Of a stretch of 64,000 bases of DNA, positions 61,379 through 64,000 are shown one piece after another. Numbering within the stretch: the stretch's first letter is position 1; every line of letters starts with the position of its first letter. The translations under genes were made by a program, and so were the position numbers. The notes under the pieces were generated by a model. That model ran no database searches and was not told the DNA's origin. It saw nothing but the letters and a program-made list of their open reading frames with translations. Source of the DNA: Candidatus Omnitrophota bacterium (lineage in GTDB: Bacteria; Omnitrophota; Omnitrophia; Omnitrophales; Aquincolibacteriaceae); NCBI GenBank assembly GCA_043821445.1, contig JBDRCT010000036.1, positions 25,879 through 89,878 on the forward strand, read 5' to 3'.

Positions 61379-62470
61379 ATGGCCATCGAAAACATTCTGT
61401 TAGGAGCGGTCGAAAAAGAGGCTTCGGACATTCATCTTACCGTAGGCCGGCCTGTGACCTACCGCTTGGTCGGGGACCTGGTCTCGGTCAGCGAGAAGGC
61501 GCTGACCCAGCAGGATACGGAAGCCCTGGCCAAAGAGATCACGACCGAAGTCCAGCGCAAAAAGATCGAAGAGATCGGAGGCGTCGATTTCGGGTTTTCT
61601 TTTCAGGAAAAGGCACGTTTTCGCGTCTCCTGTTTTAAACAGCAGGGTCATTATTCACTTGTGTTGCGGCTCCTTCCCTCAAAGTTTTACAGCTTTGAAG
61701 AGATCGGATTACCACCGCAATTGATCGAGACGGTAAGCCTTCCGCGCGGCCTGGTGCTTGTGACGGGCCCCACCGGTTGCGGTAAAACGACCTCGCTCGC
61801 GACCATGCTCAATTACATTAACGAAAACTTCCCCAGACACATCATTACCGCCGAAGATCCAATCGAGTTCATGCATCATCATAAAAAGTGCGTGATCACT
61901 CAGCGGGAGGTTGGGGAGGACGTTCCGAGCTTTGCAGAAGCCATCGTAAAATCTTTGCGTCAGGACCCGGACGTCATTCTGATCGGAGAAATGCGTGACC
62001 TAGCGACCATGGAAACTGCCATTCGTGCTGCTGAAACGGGCCATTTAGTATTCTCCACGCTCCACACGACGGGTGCCGCACGAACGGTGGACCGCATCAT
62101 TGATGTTTTCCCCGCCTATCAGCAGCCGCTTGTCCGCGTGCAACTTGCTTCTACGATCGTTGCCGTGATCTCGCAAGTGCTTGTGCCTCGCCTGGACGGG
62201 AAGGGACGCGTGGCGGCATTCGAGGTCATGTTCGCAACGCCGGCCATTCGCAACCTCATTCGCGAAGGCAAAACCTATCAGATCATTTCCGAGCTTCAAA
62301 CCGGGTCGCGCCACGGCATGGTCATGATGGACGATTACCTCAAACAACTGTATACCCAGGGCATTATTAGCTATGAAGCCGCCCTCGACGTTGCCGTTGA
62401 TTCCCGCGAGCTTGGTCTTCAACTTTCCAAAAACCAACCCATAAGCAAGGGGAAAGACAAAGGAAAATAA
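61379..62470 (+). CDS. pilT: Type IV pilus retraction ATPase PilT-like
   Basis: ASDIHL..., Walker A GPTGCGKTT, Asp box and His box (GHLVFSTLHT), AIRNLIRE. About 363 aa. Confidence 0.85.
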   Translation: MAIENILLGAVEKEASDIHLTVGRPVTYRLVGDLVSVSEKALTQQDTEALAKEITTEVQRKKIEEIGGVDFGFSFQEKARFRVSCFKQQGHYSLVLRLLPSKFYSFEEIGLPPQLIETVSLPRGLVLVTGPTGCGKTTSLATMLNYINENFPRHIITAEDPIEFMHHHKKCVITQREVGEDVPSFAEAIVKSLRQDPDVILIGEMRDLATMETAIRAAETGHLVFSTLHTTGAARTVDRIIDVFPAYQQPLVRVQLASTIVAVISQVLVPRLDGKGRVAAFEVMFATPAIRNLIREGKTYQIISELQTGSRHGMVMMDDYLKQLYTQGIISYEAALDVAVDSRELGLQLSKNQPISKGKDKGK

Positions 62471-62477
62471 ATAAAAC

Positions 62478-62834
62478 TTGACCTGACAGGGAGGCATGGG
62501 TATTCTATGCCCGCCTTCGCGCCGTTTGACGGCGCAGTTCGGGTCCCTGGTTTTTTTAGAAGGGTCAACTCGGACGAGCAGGGAGGGTAAGTCCCGAAAG
62601 CATCCGGACGAAAATGGGGCTTGGAGAAATTCCACGCAAAAGAGATCCAGTTCGAATTTATTCCCAGAGTCTTAGTACCGTTCTCCATCTAACTTTAGGG
62701 GTTAACGGCACGATACTGCGAACCCATACTAATGAATAGCAACGCAGCATAGCCACCACTTTCAGCTCTTTCCGCGTATTTTTCAGGAAAATCGAACCCA
62801 GGACCCGAAGACCCGGTCTCAATTGAACCTCAAA
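62478..62834 (+). ncRNA. Candidate structured non-coding region/leader upstream of polA (unclassified)
   Basis: 357-bp intergenic region. TTGACC-17nt-TATTCT promoter-like element at 62478..62506. Hairpin GCGCCG-TTTGA-CGGCGC followed by TTTTTTT within about 20 nt. Further stem-loops. No protein-coding signal. Confidence 0.3.
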
Positions 62835-64000
62835 ATGACAAAGCAAATCCCGGCGGGAAATTCTCTCAAGGAAAAACTGTTTTTGGTAGATGGCAATTCC
62901 TTCTGTTACCGGGCTTTTTACGCGATCCCGAACCTGACGAATTCTAAGGGCGAGCCGACCAACGCCATTTATGGATTCGTAACTATGATGCGCAAGCTCA
63001 TGGCGGAGCAGCGGCCAGACTATGTTGCCATGTGTTTTGACCGGAAAGAGCCGACGTTCCGGCATGAACAATACAAAGAGTACAAAGCGCACCGCAAACC
63101 CATGCCCGAAGAGCTCGTGAAACAGATCGAACCCATTAAGGAGTTTTGCCGGATCTCAAACATGACGATCTTTGAAAAAGCGGGGTACGAAGCAGATGAC
63201 GTGATCGGGACCTTGGCAAGGCAGGGAAAAAAAGAAGGTTACCAAGTGTTTATCATTACGGGGGATAAAGACGCCTTCCAACTGGTCGATGATCAGGTCA
63301 AGATCCTCCAGCCTCACAAGGAGAGCCTGGTCTATGACGCCGAAAAGGTCCGGGAACGTTTTAGCGGGCTTGGACCGGATAAAGTCGTGGACATTCTCGC
63401 CCTCATGGGGGATGCCTCGGACAATATCCCGGGCGTACCGGGGATCGGTGAAAAAACCGCCATCAAACTCATCCAGGAATTTGGTTCCGTGAGCGGTCTC
63501 CTTGAACGACTGGAAGAAATTCCTTCGGAGAAACAAAGGCAGAAGATCCAAGCGAACGTGAAAGACCTGAAATTATCCCAAATGCTCGCGACAATCGATA
63601 CAGATGTGACGCTTGAGATCGATTGGGACGCCTTGCGCGTGGCCGAGCCACAGACCGCGGCCCTGATGGAATTTTTTAAACGGTATGAGTTCCGAGGGCT
63701 CCTGAAAAGCGTCGCGGGGCAAGGCGGGAAAGAGGCGGAGGAGCGGAAATACCAAACGATCGAAACTCTCCAAGAACTCAAAAATTTTACAAGAGAACTT
63801 AAAAAAGCGAAAACCGTTAGTTTTGACACCGAAACGACCTCGACCGATCCCATGAAGGCCGCCCTGGTCGGCATGAGCCTCTGTTGGGAACCCTTTACAG
63901 CCTATTACATACCCGTATCTTCCCGGGCGCACCAAGGTCCAGGACTGCCTCTTACGCAGGTTTTGGATATTGTGAAACCGGCGCTCGAGGACGGTAAAAT
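62835..64000 (+). CDS. polA: DNA polymerase I (5'-3' exonuclease domain and start of 3'-5' exo/polymerase region), partial at window end
   Basis: MTKQIPAGNSLKEKLFLVDGNSFCYRAFYAIPNLTNSKGEPTNAIYGF is a canonical PolA N-terminus. The frame stays open to the window end. Not in the ORF track because no stop is reached. Confidence 0.85.
   Translation, partial: MTKQIPAGNSLKEKLFLVDGNSFCYRAFYAIPNLTNSKGEPTNAIYGFVTMMRKLMAEQRPDYVAMCFDRKEPTFRHEQYKEYKAHRKPMPEELVKQIEPIKEFCRISNMTIFEKAGYEADDVIGTLARQGKKEGYQVFIITGDKDAFQLVDDQVKILQPHKESLVYDAEKVRERFSGLGPDKVVDILALMGDASDNIPGVPGIGEKTAIKLIQEFGSVSGLLERLEEIPSEKQRQKIQANVKDLKLSQMLATIDTDVTLEIDWDALRVAEPQTAALMEFFKRYEFRGLLKSVAGQGGKEAEERKYQTIETLQELKNFTRELKKAKTVSFDTETTSTDPMKAALVGMSLCWEPFTAYYIPVSSRAHQGPGLPLTQVLDIVKPALEDGK

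Noticed and set aside
62500-62834. Possible tmRNA (ssrA) or RNase P/SRP RNA in the pilT-polA spacer
   Set aside because: No tRNA-like T-arm (GGTTCGA.TCC...CCACCA) at either end on either strand. No convincing tag reading frame. No RNase P P4 or SRP domain IV consensus. Kept only as an unclassified candidate RNA.

Overview
The window has two very different halves. Positions 1 to about 17.3 kb are AT-rich (about one-third GC, K/N/I/F-rich proteins) and look like a horizontally acquired accessory island. The rest is a GC-rich core-chromosome segment spanning the replication origin.

Island contents:
- A four-gene minus-strand operon at 12..4535: SIR2-like NADase, a membrane/TPR-like protein, a 70-aa protein and a 487-aa protein with a C-terminal Rx4H (HEPN-like) motif. 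This is the best candidate for an undescribed defence system.
- A nested integrative element of about 7.7 kb at 4690..12430. It is bounded by imperfect direct repeats with a perfect 20-bp core and carries a tyrosine integrase, an excisionase-like HTH protein, a Rep-like gene with iteron-like repeats, a secreted PLD/Nuc nuclease and paralogous secreted proteins.
- A dense cluster of small secreted or membrane proteins at 12540..17061, including a thermonuclease, an Ada-like zinc-binding peptide and paired Zn-ribbon membrane proteins.
- The island ends at about 17.3 kb with a truncated 5' half of a tRNA-Arg(ACG) gene and a terminator hairpin, exactly at the GC breakpoint. This could be a true island boundary or an assembly chimera.

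Core-chromosome contents:
- tRNA-Ser(GCU), cysD and cysN, two alkaline-phosphatase-superfamily enzymes, tRNA-Ser(GGA) and serS.
- The origin region: gyrA, gyrB (with a KE-rich insert), a DUF721/DciA-like gene, dnaN, dnaA with DnaA-box clusters on both sides, then rpmH, rnpA, yidD, yidC and mnmG.
- Two consensus parS palindromes where rsmG would be expected, a +1-frameshifted parA, and parB.
- A sugar-uptake/GH94-like locus and a ROK regulator.
- A biotin cluster (bioB, a FabG-like reductase, an AT-rich inserted membrane-protein gene, a FabF-like KAS, bioF, bioA, bioD).
- A reduced Rnf-like cluster, pilT, a candidate structured RNA region, and the 5' end of polA.
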